DNA from: an uncultured Planctomycetales bacterium
GTDB lineage: Bacteria; Omnitrophota; Gorgyraeia; Zapsychrales; JBDRMG01
Length of the DNA: 64,000 nucleotides
Assembly (NCBI GenBank): GCA_964478715.1
Contig: CAYZIY010000008.1
Span: forward strand, 17,704-81,703
Direction: 5' to 3'
Below, one piece after another: positions 1 to 9,137 of this stretch. The first letter of the stretch is position 1, and each line of letters starts with the position of its first letter. The notes beneath the pieces were generated by a model. It did not search any database. It was not told the DNA's origin and was given only the letters and a program-made list of their open reading frames with translations. The position numbers and the translations under genes were made by a program.

Positions 1-572
1 GATATTGCGAGGCAGAGCACATTGAGAATGTGAAGGTCCTTTCAGACTACAAAAATTCCTCATTCGGGGTCAATTACGGTGTTCTGATAAAAGAGTTGCA
101 GTTATTGGCCCGTTGTGTTCTTATTATTGATCAGAATGATGTTATGAGATATATTCAATATGTTGAGGAAAATACTCAGGAGCCCGATTATCAGGAAGCT
201 TTTGGCAAGCTTCAGGATGTCGTTAAGAATCCGGCCCAGACTCCTGAAGAAAAGGAACTCCAAGAGTGCAAGCCCTGCAAAGGACAAGACAGGGCTTTAG
301 GCGGGGATCAGATCGCTTCAAAAATGAAATCATTAACCCAATGGCAGTGTGAGGATAATCAACGGATAACAAAGGAATTTAAGCTGAAAGATTTTACTGA
401 GGCTAAACTTCTGGTCGATTTGATTGCCCTGATAGCCCAAGAACAACAGCATCACCCGGATCTCGTTTTAACATACAATAAAGTGAAGGTGATCCTGCGC
501 ACGCACGCGGTCAAAGGTTTGAGCCAAAACGATTTTATCATGGCCAGAATTATTGATGAGCTGGCTTCTTAA
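1..572 (+). CDS. Thiol peroxidase (Tpx/atypical 2-Cys Prx) C-terminal part fused to pterin-4-alpha-carbinolamine dehydratase; 5'-truncated by the window edge
   Basis: Frame is open from base 3 (YCEAEHIENVKVLSDYK...FGVNYGVLIKELQLLARCV...EPDY, Tpx-like), then CKPCKG...QQHHPDL...THAVKGLSQNDFIMA (PCD/PhhB motifs). Confidence 0.85.
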   Translation, partial: YCEAEHIENVKVLSDYKNSSFGVNYGVLIKELQLLARCVLIIDQNDVMRYIQYVEENTQEPDYQEAFGKLQDVVKNPAQTPEEKELQECKPCKGQDRALGGDQIASKMKSLTQWQCEDNQRITKEFKLKDFTEAKLLVDLIALIAQEQQHHPDLVLTYNKVKVILRTHAVKGLSQNDFIMARIIDELAS

Positions 573-589
573 GAAAAGAGGTTGATCTA

Positions 590-2584
590 ATGGGAGAAAG
601 CACAATATCCGAGAGCAAAGCTCTGCAAACGGATCTTTATGAATTGACAATGGCCGCGGGTTATTTTGAAAACAATGTCAATGCGCGGGCTGTCTTTGAG
701 CTTTTTTGCTATCGGTTGCCCAAGAATCGATCTTATCTCATTGCCGCCGGCCTTAAACAAATTGTCGACTATCTCGTCAATATCAGATTCACCGATGATG
801 AAATACGGTATCTGAAGAACCATCGCGCCTTTGCTTCTGTTTCAAGAAAATTCTTTGATCACCTGAAACATTTCAGATTCACGGGAAACTTATGGGCCTT
901 GAGAGAAGGCGAAGTCTTTTTCGCCCAAGAGCCGGTTTTACAGATTGAGGCACCCATCCTTGAGGCGCAAATTCTGGAAACCTATCTGCTTTCAAGTATC
1001 CATATTCAAACGCTTGTGGCCTCGAAAGCGTCCCGGATCATTCAGGCTGCCGATCCATCAAAGAACAATGTGAGTGTTGTGGATTTTGGTTCCCGCCGGG
1101 CGCACGGATCCGAGGCAGCCATTTATGCCGCCAGGGCCGCTTATCTGGCCGGATGCTCGGGGACATCCAATGTATTTGCCGGAAAACAATTCGGTATCCC
1201 CACTTATGGAACTATGGCGCATTCTTGGGTAGAGGCTTTTGACAGCGAGCAGGAATCCTTTAGAAAATATCTTGAGGCTTTTCCTGAACAGGGAATCTTG
1301 CTAATCGATACCTTTGATACTTTGGAAGCGGCCCGGCAGCTCAAATCAATCCGAAAACCGATTAAGGCTGTCAGGCTTGACAGTGGAGACTTGTTAGCAC
1401 TCAGTAAAACCGTGAGAAAGATTCTTAATCGCCAGGGGCTTTCACAAGTCAAGATTATTGCCAGCGGAAATCTGAATGAAGACAAGATCAGGGCATTGCT
1501 TCAGCAAAAAGCCCCCATCGATGTTTTCGGTGTGGGCACAGAGATGGTGATTTCGAAAGATCACCCTTCCTTGGATTTGGTCTATAAATTAGTCCAAACA
1601 CAGGATGCCAAAGGGCAGGTGATCCTCAAAACCAAAGGAAGCGAAGGGAAAACCTATTATCCTAAACGCAAGCAGGTTTTTCGTCATATTTCTAGGGGGA
1701 AATTGGCCAAAGACATTATCGGTTGCGCTGATGAAAAAGCGCCGGCAAAAACGAAACCGCTTTTGCAAGCGGTTATTAAAAATGGAAAATTGATCAAGAA
1801 AATGCCGGCGTTGCAGGATGTCAGAACTTATTGCCAAAGGTCCGTTAATCAGTTGCCGATGACATATCGTTCTATTGGGTCAAGCAAGACCTACCGGGTC
1901 CTTCCTAGCTCCCGGCTCAAGCAGGCTCAAAGAGAGTACAAGAAGCAGGTTCGGGCGTTGGCGCGAAAATGCGCGTTATTGATCGTCGATGTGCAAAATG
2001 ACTTTTGCCCCGGCGGCAAGCTGGCTGTCAGAAAGGGAGATCAAATCATTTCCCCTTTGAATGACGCGATTAAAATATTTCGCCAATATCATTATCCCAT
2101 TATTGCCTCCCGCGACTGGCATCCGAAAAAGACATCACATTTCGAGAAATTTGGAGGTAATTGGCCCCAGCATTGTATTCGTAATACCAAAGGAGCTCGA
2201 TTTCATCCCCACCTGTGTTTACCTCCAGAGACTATAATCATTTCCAAAGGGATGAATCCTGAGCAGGACAGCTACTCGGCTTTCCATGGAAAGGATGCGA
2301 ATGGACACTCATTGGGCGATCTGCTGAATCAAAAAGATATTCAAGAATTGTTTATCGCAGGCATAGCGACCGACTATTGCGTGAAGCATTCCGCGCTTGA
2401 TGCGCTCAAGAAAGGTTTCAAGGTCTATCTCCTTAGTAATGCCGTTAAGGGAGTCCGCTTAAAGGACAGCATGCAGGCGCTTAGAGAAATGCAACAAGCG
2501 GGGGCTGTGAGACTGACAGGCCGTCAATTGCGCGGTCAAATCGAATCAGGAAAGAGAAACGATGAGAAATCTCACAAGCATTAA
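590..2584 (+). CDS. pncB: Nicotinate phosphoribosyltransferase fused to C-terminal nicotinamidase (PncB-PncA)
   Basis: TDLYELTM, DFGSRRAH, GTMAHSW and RLDSGD (NAPRT), followed by VDVQNDFCPGG, DWHP, WPQHC, DSYSAF and GIATDYCV (PncA). Confidence 0.93.
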   Translation: MGESTISESKALQTDLYELTMAAGYFENNVNARAVFELFCYRLPKNRSYLIAAGLKQIVDYLVNIRFTDDEIRYLKNHRAFASVSRKFFDHLKHFRFTGNLWALREGEVFFAQEPVLQIEAPILEAQILETYLLSSIHIQTLVASKASRIIQAADPSKNNVSVVDFGSRRAHGSEAAIYAARAAYLAGCSGTSNVFAGKQFGIPTYGTMAHSWVEAFDSEQESFRKYLEAFPEQGILLIDTFDTLEAARQLKSIRKPIKAVRLDSGDLLALSKTVRKILNRQGLSQVKIIASGNLNEDKIRALLQQKAPIDVFGVGTEMVISKDHPSLDLVYKLVQTQDAKGQVILKTKGSEGKTYYPKRKQVFRHISRGKLAKDIIGCADEKAPAKTKPLLQAVIKNGKLIKKMPALQDVRTYCQRSVNQLPMTYRSIGSSKTYRVLPSSRLKQAQREYKKQVRALARKCALLIVDVQNDFCPGGKLAVRKGDQIISPLNDAIKIFRQYHYPIIASRDWHPKKTSHFEKFGGNWPQHCIRNTKGARFHPHLCLPPETIIISKGMNPEQDSYSAFHGKDANGHSLGDLLNQKDIQELFIAGIATDYCVKHSALDALKKGFKVYLLSNAVKGVRLKDSMQALREMQQAGAVRLTGRQLRGQIESGKRNDEKSHKH

Positions 2585-3539
2585 GAGAGTTTTAAGAAAA
2601 TCAAAGACAGTCATGCTGACTTGTCATATTAATCCCGATGGCGATGCCATTGGTTCCATGCTGGCTTTGGCTTTGGGATTGCAACAGTTGAAAAAGGAAG
2701 TGACAACGGTCTGTCGAGACGGGATTCCGAAGATGTATCGTTCATTGCCTGGGGCTGAGAAAATTTTAAAGAAATCTAAAAAAAGAAAATACGATCTGGT
2801 GATTGCCGTTGATTGCGGTTCAGCGGAAATATTGGCTGCGGACATGGAGATTGTCAAGCAGGGGAAAGAGATCCTTGAGATCGATCATCACCAGTTTCGA
2901 ACTAGCTTCGGCACAATTTCCCTCATCGACTCTAAGGCCGCGGCAAACGGCGAGATTGTCTACGCGCTTTTAAAATCATTGCGGGTCAAAATCAGCCGCC
3001 ATATCGCCCAAAATATCTTAACCTCAATTATTGTGGAGACAAACTCATTTCGCCTGCCGCAAGTGAGCACCAGGACTTTTGACATTTGTTCCCGTCTTAT
3101 GCGAACGGGCATCAATTTTGCAAGGTTGACGGATGTGGTTTATTGGGCTCAGCGCCGGGAGGCGGTTGTTTTGACCGGGATCTGCCTTTCGCGCTGTCGG
3201 TTTCTTCAAGGCGGAAAAATTGTTTGGACTCTGGTTGAAAAAGCTGATTTTAACAAAATCCACGCCTCTGATGAAGATGTGGATGCCGTGCCGGATATGA
3301 TGCGTTCGATCCAGGGTGTTAAAATTTCGGTTTTTTTTCGGGAAAGCGATCCGCAGACTTTACGCGTTAGCTTACGCTCTAAAGGACCGGTCAATATCGC
3401 TGGGATCGCGAGAGAATATCAGGGGGGAGGCCATTATGATGTGGCCGGTTGTTTTATCGCCAATAATAAAAAGACCCGCGGGGATTTTCTGAAAAAAATT
3501 GAACAGATACTGAAAGAGGAGTCGCCATGTTACCGATAG
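2562..3539 (+). CDS. DHH/DHHA1 phosphoesterase (NrnA-like), paralog 1
   Basis: HINPDGDAIGS, VDC, IDHH, VSLRS and GGGH motifs. Confidence 0.9.
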   Translation: MRNLTSIKRVLRKSKTVMLTCHINPDGDAIGSMLALALGLQQLKKEVTTVCRDGIPKMYRSLPGAEKILKKSKKRKYDLVIAVDCGSAEILAADMEIVKQGKEILEIDHHQFRTSFGTISLIDSKAAANGEIVYALLKSLRVKISRHIAQNILTSIIVETNSFRLPQVSTRTFDICSRLMRTGINFARLTDVVYWAQRREAVVLTGICLSRCRFLQGGKIVWTLVEKADFNKIHASDEDVDAVPDMMRSIQGVKISVFFRESDPQTLRVSLRSKGPVNIAGIAREYQGGGHYDVAGCFIANNKKTRGDFLKKIEQILKEESPCYR

Positions 3540-4066
3540 GATTATTGATGAAAGAGCACAGATTGATTGAACGGATGATCACTTTGATCAGTAAACAACT
3601 GGATGAGGTCAAGCAGGGAAAAAATCCGGATACCCTCTTTATTGACCAGGCTGTTGATTTTATCCGCACCTATGCCGATCACTGTCATCATGGAAAGGAA
3701 GAAGATATCCTTTTCCGGGATCTCGCGCAGAAAGATCTTTCTCCCGGCCATAAAACGGTGATGCAGGAATTGATCCAGGAACATGTTTGGGGCCGGGAAA
3801 CCGTCGGTCAGCTGGTTGAGGCTAAAAAAAGATTTGAAAAAGGAGACGGGGATGCCCGGGTGACGATCCGTGAGTGCTTAGAGAAGCTCGTTGAGTTCTA
3901 CCCTAAGCATATCGACAAAGAGGATCACCATTTCTTTAAACCGGCGATGGACTATTTCAGCGACCAAGAAAAGAATAATATGATCAAAGAGTGCTTTGAA
4001 TTTGATCAGGGTTTGATTCATGATAAATATCAATCACTTGTTCATAATCTGGAAGATCAGTCTTAA
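3527..4066 (+). CDS. Hemerythrin-like (HHE) cation-binding protein
   Basis: EHRLI...HHGKEEDILF...EH...HIDKED pattern. Confidence 0.85.
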   Translation: MLPIGLLMKEHRLIERMITLISKQLDEVKQGKNPDTLFIDQAVDFIRTYADHCHHGKEEDILFRDLAQKDLSPGHKTVMQELIQEHVWGRETVGQLVEAKKRFEKGDGDARVTIRECLEKLVEFYPKHIDKEDHHFFKPAMDYFSDQEKNNMIKECFEFDQGLIHDKYQSLVHNLEDQS

Positions 4067-4089
4067 ACCACGCAAACACAGGAGATCCT

Positions 4090-4578
4090 ATGAATCCTTA
4101 TGACTATGCCATGCAATTGGAGAAAGAGGGCCAAGAGCTTTATCTGGATTTTGCCCAAAAGGCTCCCGAAAAAGGAATGGCGGCTATTTTTCGCGAGCTG
4201 GCCGGCCGGGAACAGAAACATTATGAAACCTTCCAGGCCATGAAAGAGAATCAGTCTGTGGATATGCCGGAGGCGGATTTCATGCAGCAGGTCAAAGATA
4301 TTTTTGCCGGCTGGAGGAATTTGAAGGATCAAGAGCCTTACGATCAGTCGCAGGCCGATCTTTATAAAAAGGCTCTGGAGGTGGAGAAGCGCAGTATTGA
4401 TTTTTATGCGCAAGAGGAGAAAAAGATCAATGATCAAAAGCAGAAAAAAATATTTTTACAAATCACCGAAGAGGAAAGAAAGCATTATGAGATCATCGAG
4501 AATGTGATCGAGTTTATGCTCAAACCTCACCGCTGGGTGGAGCATCCGATGTTCTCTAAGGTAGGAGAGGAATATTGA
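4090..4578 (+). CDS. Rubrerythrin/ferritin-like protein
   Basis: Duplicated E..G..Y / E..H (REQKH, EERKH) di-iron helix motifs; GGAGA RBS. Confidence 0.85.
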   Translation: MNPYDYAMQLEKEGQELYLDFAQKAPEKGMAAIFRELAGREQKHYETFQAMKENQSVDMPEADFMQQVKDIFAGWRNLKDQEPYDQSQADLYKKALEVEKRSIDFYAQEEKKINDQKQKKIFLQITEEERKHYEIIENVIEFMLKPHRWVEHPMFSKVGEEY

Positions 4579-4582
4579 TTAA

Positions 4583-5767
4583 ATGAAAGAGCGCAAGGTC
4601 AAAGATCCGGTTTGCGGGATGAATGTTGACAGAAAGAGCTCTCTAACTCTTTTCTTTAAGGGAAAAAGCTATTACTTTTGCAGTTCGCATTGCGCTGAGA
4701 AGTTCAAGGAGAAACGGGGTATTCCCGACTCCCAAAGGGCAGAAAAAAAGGGGCCCCGCGTTCTTTCTTTTTTAAAAAATAAAGTCATTATTGTTTCCAT
4801 GGTCTTGTTGGCGCTTTGCCTAAGTGCCGAGATAATTGGGTCCCTAAAACCTTTTCGTCACTCATTGCTGGATTATGGACAAAGAATCTGGTGGGCTATT
4901 GCTCTGGGTTTAGTTTTTGGCGGAATGATCGATTATTGTATTCCCCGGCAATATGTTTCATCGATTTTGGCACGAGGAGGCAGACGCAAGAACATTTTTA
5001 ACGCGGTTGTTCTTGGATTTTTGATGAGTGCATGCAGTCACGGGATTTTAGCTTTGGCGATTCAGCTGCATAAAAAAGGAGCTTCCACCCCGTCGGTGGT
5101 GGCTTTTTTAATGGCCAGCCCATGGGCGAATTTACCGTTGACGATAATGTTGATCGGATTTTTCGGCTTGATCAAAGCGCTGTATATTATCCTGGTGGCC
5201 ATCATTGTGGCTATTACAACTGGTTTCATTTTTGAGTTTTTGCAAGAAAGAGGGATGATTGAAAGAAATACCAACAGTTTTGAACTTGAGAGAGATTTTT
5301 CTATTGCGGGTGATATCAGGAAACGATGGAGAGAATACCGCTTCAATCTTGCGCAAGCGAAAAGAGATGTCCGGGGCATCGTTTCCGGCGCTGTCTCTTT
5401 GGCCAATATGGTCTTATGGTGGATTCTGCTGGGCATGGGGTTGGCCAGTCTGGCGGGGGCCTATATTCCGCAGGATTTCTTTTATCAATATATGGGACCG
5501 ACGGTGGCGGGTTTATTGATTACTTTACTTTTGGCCACTGTGCTTGAAGTTTGCTCAGAAGGGACCGCTCCTTTGGCGTTTGAAATATTTAAGCAAACAG
5601 GGGCTCTGGGAAACAGCTTTGTTTTTTTAATGGCTGGAGTGGCTACTGATTACACGGAAATCGGGCTCTTGTGGCACAATGTGGGCCGTCGCACCGCGCT
5701 CTGGTTGCCGGTCGTGTCGGTTCCCCAAATCGTCCTCTATGGCGTTTTGGCCAATTTAATATTTTAA
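4583..5767 (+). CDS. YHS-domain permease (DUF318/ArsP-like)
   Basis: N-terminal DPVCGM...YYFCSSHC (YHS/TRASH), followed by a multi-TM domain with ACSHG and VCSEG repeats. Confidence 0.82.
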   Translation: MKERKVKDPVCGMNVDRKSSLTLFFKGKSYYFCSSHCAEKFKEKRGIPDSQRAEKKGPRVLSFLKNKVIIVSMVLLALCLSAEIIGSLKPFRHSLLDYGQRIWWAIALGLVFGGMIDYCIPRQYVSSILARGGRRKNIFNAVVLGFLMSACSHGILALAIQLHKKGASTPSVVAFLMASPWANLPLTIMLIGFFGLIKALYIILVAIIVAITTGFIFEFLQERGMIERNTNSFELERDFSIAGDIRKRWREYRFNLAQAKRDVRGIVSGAVSLANMVLWWILLGMGLASLAGAYIPQDFFYQYMGPTVAGLLITLLLATVLEVCSEGTAPLAFEIFKQTGALGNSFVFLMAGVATDYTEIGLLWHNVGRRTALWLPVVSVPQIVLYGVLANLIF

Positions 5768-5771
5768 AAGG

Positions 5772-6290
5772 ATGCAGACGATGAAGATAATCAAGAAATT
5801 GATTCGGTTATCGACGGCTTTATGGATGCTTTTGATTGGGGCCAATTCAGTTTCCGCTCACTGTGAGATTCCCTGCGGGATTTACGGAGATCACCAGAGA
5901 ATCACCATGATCGAAGAGCATATTACCACGGTTGAGAAATCAATGCGGATGATCAGAGAGTTATCCGCAGAAAAAGAAATCAATTACAACCAGCTGATCC
6001 GCTGGGTAGACAATAAAGAACTTCATGCCAATAAAATTCAGGATATTGTTTTTCAGTACTTTATGACTCAGAGAATTGCCCCGCCCCAAAAGGATGATCC
6101 GGCCCTGAAGGCTCAGTATGACCGGGAGCTTAAAACTCTGCATCGCTTGGCGATCGCAGCCATGAAGGCCAAGCAAACCACTGATGACAAGTATATTCAA
6201 CAGATGAGGACTCTCACCCGTCGTTTTGCCGCCAGCTATTTTGAAAAAGAAAAAAAGACAGAAGAAAAAATGGACCATAAACATGAATAA
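5772..6290 (+). CDS. sodN: Nickel superoxide dismutase with signal peptide
   Basis: Ni-hook HCEIPCGIY directly after a Sec-like leader ending in VSA; NQLIRWV..KE.HA motif. Confidence 0.9.
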   Translation: MQTMKIIKKLIRLSTALWMLLIGANSVSAHCEIPCGIYGDHQRITMIEEHITTVEKSMRMIRELSAEKEINYNQLIRWVDNKELHANKIQDIVFQYFMTQRIAPPQKDDPALKAQYDRELKTLHRLAIAAMKAKQTTDDKYIQQMRTLTRRFAASYFEKEKKTEEKMDHKHE

Positions 6291-7689
6291 AAGAAATAAT
6301 AATCGTGTTAAATTTATTCCGGATTTTGATTCATCCTCTTCGATGCTTTTTTCTCTGGGGAACGCGATTGCCGGCAGCGAGCAGGGCACCGGTATTCCCG
6401 ATAAGCTCCCTAAAATGATCGGGGATTTAGTCAATATTACGCCCGAAGTCTTAAGGGAATCGATCTATAAATTAAGCGGTATTCAAGAGAGCCTCTCGAT
6501 AAGCAGGTTAAAAAAGTTCAATGATCAGGCCTGGGTTCAGTGGATCACGGACACTTATCCCGAGAAAAAATTTCCAGCGGTTGTCATCGGGTCATCCAAC
6601 GGCGCTCTGATTCATCTTTGCGCATTATTGGGCATTCCCTGGATTCCTCAAACAATTCTTTTGGCCGTGGCCCGGCGCATGTATCCGGATGAATTGGTTA
6701 AAGACGCGCAGTGGGGCAAGAAGGCGGCTGGGATTATTCGAAAGAACATTCCTTATACGGCGGTCTACCAGATGCATGATCCGATTCAAGACCGTATCAT
6801 GGTGGCTAATATGGGTTATTTCCGGGTTAAAAGATTGCGCTTAGGCAAAATCCTTGAAGAATATCTGAGGAAAATCCTGATACCCGGCGGATTGATTATT
6901 GTCTCGGATTGCCGGTTTCAATGGCCTTCGGCTGAAATGGGCCAAGATCATTATTTTCAGACCGGCGGGCTGGGCGATGTTTCGGGTGAAGAATATGTTC
7001 AAGGCAGCCGGCGTATTGAGGAATTTCTTCAACAGGAAAAATCAAAATACTCTTTCTGGGAAACCCCCCAGCCGCTTAAGAAAAGACCCGAAGCGGAATG
7101 GGGATATGATTCCAGGCTCTCGGCCGATATTCGCCGGTTTGCAAAAAGATATAAATACCGGATAAAAAGACTGCGGTTCGATCACCCCAATGATCTAAGC
7201 GCTCCGGCGGCCGATTTAAGCCGCTTTTGGTATGATAAAAACGGAATCAAGGATAAACGCTTGCTGGTAGAATGTTTTGCCTTGATCGAGCCCTGGTGGG
7301 CGGCCCGTACCGGTTCGATTCCTTTCTGGCTTCCGTTTAATACCGGCAGGTCTCTGGAATTATTGAACAAATATTTAAAGAAATCGAGTTGGTTTGATGA
7401 GATTTATTTGATGATTATGTCCAACGCGATTAAGGGCATTGGCTGTGTCTCCGTCAAAAAGTGGAAAGCCGTTTTGAACAAAGCAAGAAAGAAGGGTTCA
7501 TTCATCGGGGTGGACGAAAAAAAGTTTCCCTTTGATCTGGGGTCTTTTATCAAATATCACAGAGATCTTCAGAAAAAGATAACCGCTCGTCATTTCATTC
7601 CCCGCCAGATGCCGCTTGAAGAATTCTTTTCTTTTTTCAGTCAGCGCACGCAGAAAAGATACGGTATCAAAATTCAAAACCTGAAATAA
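6283..7689 (+). CDS. Conserved-looking hypothetical protein (~468 aa)
   Basis: Long ORF overlapping the sodN stop; motifs IGSSNGA, MHDP..DR and PEAEWG; function not recognised. Confidence 0.75.
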   Translation: MNKRNNNRVKFIPDFDSSSSMLFSLGNAIAGSEQGTGIPDKLPKMIGDLVNITPEVLRESIYKLSGIQESLSISRLKKFNDQAWVQWITDTYPEKKFPAVVIGSSNGALIHLCALLGIPWIPQTILLAVARRMYPDELVKDAQWGKKAAGIIRKNIPYTAVYQMHDPIQDRIMVANMGYFRVKRLRLGKILEEYLRKILIPGGLIIVSDCRFQWPSAEMGQDHYFQTGGLGDVSGEEYVQGSRRIEEFLQQEKSKYSFWETPQPLKKRPEAEWGYDSRLSADIRRFAKRYKYRIKRLRFDHPNDLSAPAADLSRFWYDKNGIKDKRLLVECFALIEPWWAARTGSIPFWLPFNTGRSLELLNKYLKKSSWFDEIYLMIMSNAIKGIGCVSVKKWKAVLNKARKKGSFIGVDEKKFPFDLGSFIKYHRDLQKKITARHFIPRQMPLEEFFSFFSQRTQKRYGIKIQNLK

Positions 7690-7705
7690 GCGGAGATTTG
7701 TTCTT

Positions 7706-8185
7706 ATGGGCAGGCCCCCAAAGACATTGCCAATTAAGAAAAATTCCACTCTCACCCTTGTCTTGTCGATTATCCCCGGATTAGCGCATTTGTATTTAGG
7801 GAAAAGGGGCAAGGCCCTTGGTCTGCTGGTGATTGATGCGGGTATATTTCTTACGTTGATTTTCTCCGAAACACTTTTAATGAAGGTACTGATGGCAGGC
7901 ATTTATTTGGTTACGTTTCTGCCGGCCTGTCTGGAGACTTATCGAATGGCCCAAAACAGGGAGAGCTGGATTAAGACCGACTCGAAGTGGTATACCTCTG
8001 TCTTATTGCTGACAACCGGTTTCAACGCTCTGCCTTTACTATGGCAGAGCAAAGCATTCAGCAAAAGATACAAAATCCTCTGGACGTTGGCTGTCGTGGT
8101 TTTGGCAGCGGGCTTTTTTACTGTTCTGACTGTTTTTTGGAATTCGATTGAAGATTTTCTTTCCATTTTTTTCAAAGGCAAATAA
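7706..8185 (+). CDS. Hypothetical membrane protein
   Basis: SIIPGLAHLYLG motif, several hydrophobic helices, GGAG RBS. Confidence 0.75.
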   Translation: MGRPPKTLPIKKNSTLTLVLSIIPGLAHLYLGKRGKALGLLVIDAGIFLTLIFSETLLMKVLMAGIYLVTFLPACLETYRMAQNRESWIKTDSKWYTSVLLLTTGFNALPLLWQSKAFSKRYKILWTLAVVVLAAGFFTVLTVFWNSIEDFLSIFFKGK

Positions 8186-8314
8186 AGTCGATATTTGAAT
8201 GTAGAAAAAAGTCAATTTTTCCTAGAAACAGACTCTCCCATCAGAAAAACTTCAGCCCTATAATAAATTTTAGATGAAGCAAAGAGTTCAACAGGATAAA
8301 GGAAGGAGGGCAAA

Positions 8315-8983
8315 ATGAAAAGAATGCTTTCAATTTTCGGTTGTCTTTTGGTCTTGGCCATCGTTCAACCGGCCATGGCGAAAAATCCTTATTTAAAACC
8401 CGATAACAGCTGGATCACTTTAAACGGAACCGTGGTGACCGCTGGGACGGACAGTTTTGAGCTGGATTACGGCGAAGGGATTGTGACGGTAGAAATGGAC
8501 GATTGGGATTGGTATGGAGATGCTCATGGCATTCTTTCCGGAGACCAGGTAACAGTTTATGGCATGGTCGATGATGATCTCTATGAAACCACATCGATTG
8601 AGGCTTCCAGCGTTTATGTCAAAGACCTCAATACCTTTTTCTATGCCAGCGCGGCAGATGAAGAAGATGTGGTCTTGCCGGTTTTTTCCACCGTTTATGT
8701 GGATGCCGATCTGCAGTTGAGCGGGAAAGTGACTCAAACAAGCGGACGGGAATTTACCATTGATACAGGAAAAAGAAAGATCACGGTCAATACCTCACAG
8801 ATGCTTTATAATCCGATGGATAACCGTGGATATCAAAAAATCCGAAAAGGCGACCGTGTTCAAGTTACCGGTGACTTGGACATTGATCTCTTTGAAGAGA
8901 AGGAAATCATGGCTGAGACGATCATCACCCTAGAAAAAGACAAGAAAAGAAGCGAAACAATGGAGAAATCCATGGAGTCGTGA
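8315..8983 (+). CDS. Exported tandem OB-fold protein (YgiW/YdeI/DUF5666-like)
   Basis: Signal peptide ending in AMA; two repeats of I.L.G.V.....F..D.G...I.V...GD.V.V.G; AGGAGG RBS. Confidence 0.7.
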   Translation: MKRMLSIFGCLLVLAIVQPAMAKNPYLKPDNSWITLNGTVVTAGTDSFELDYGEGIVTVEMDDWDWYGDAHGILSGDQVTVYGMVDDDLYETTSIEASSVYVKDLNTFFYASAADEEDVVLPVFSTVYVDADLQLSGKVTQTSGREFTIDTGKRKITVNTSQMLYNPMDNRGYQKIRKGDRVQVTGDLDIDLFEEKEIMAETIITLEKDKKRSETMEKSMES

Positions 8984-9003
8984 TTTCTTTTGATTCAAAA
9001 GAG

Positions 9004-9050
9004 AAAACGGCCCCCGGCGCCAACATCTGTTGGCACGGGGGCCGTTTTTT
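9004..9050 (+). terminator. Rho-independent terminator (possibly bidirectional)
   Basis: aaaacggcccccg..gccaaca-tc-tgttggc..cgggggccgtttttt: long GC stem with T-tract. Confidence 0.85.
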
Positions 9051-9137
9051 ATCCCTCTTTGTTTTGGCGATTTTCTTTGATATAATAAAAAACCTCAAAA
9101 GACGATTAATCTTTCAAACTTTTTTGGATAAATCGTA

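Noticed and set aside
2562-3539. Second NrnA paralog as a novel system
   Set aside because: DHH paralogs are common. Only a minor motif change (VETNSF versus TDTGSF) is visible, which is not enough to claim a new function.
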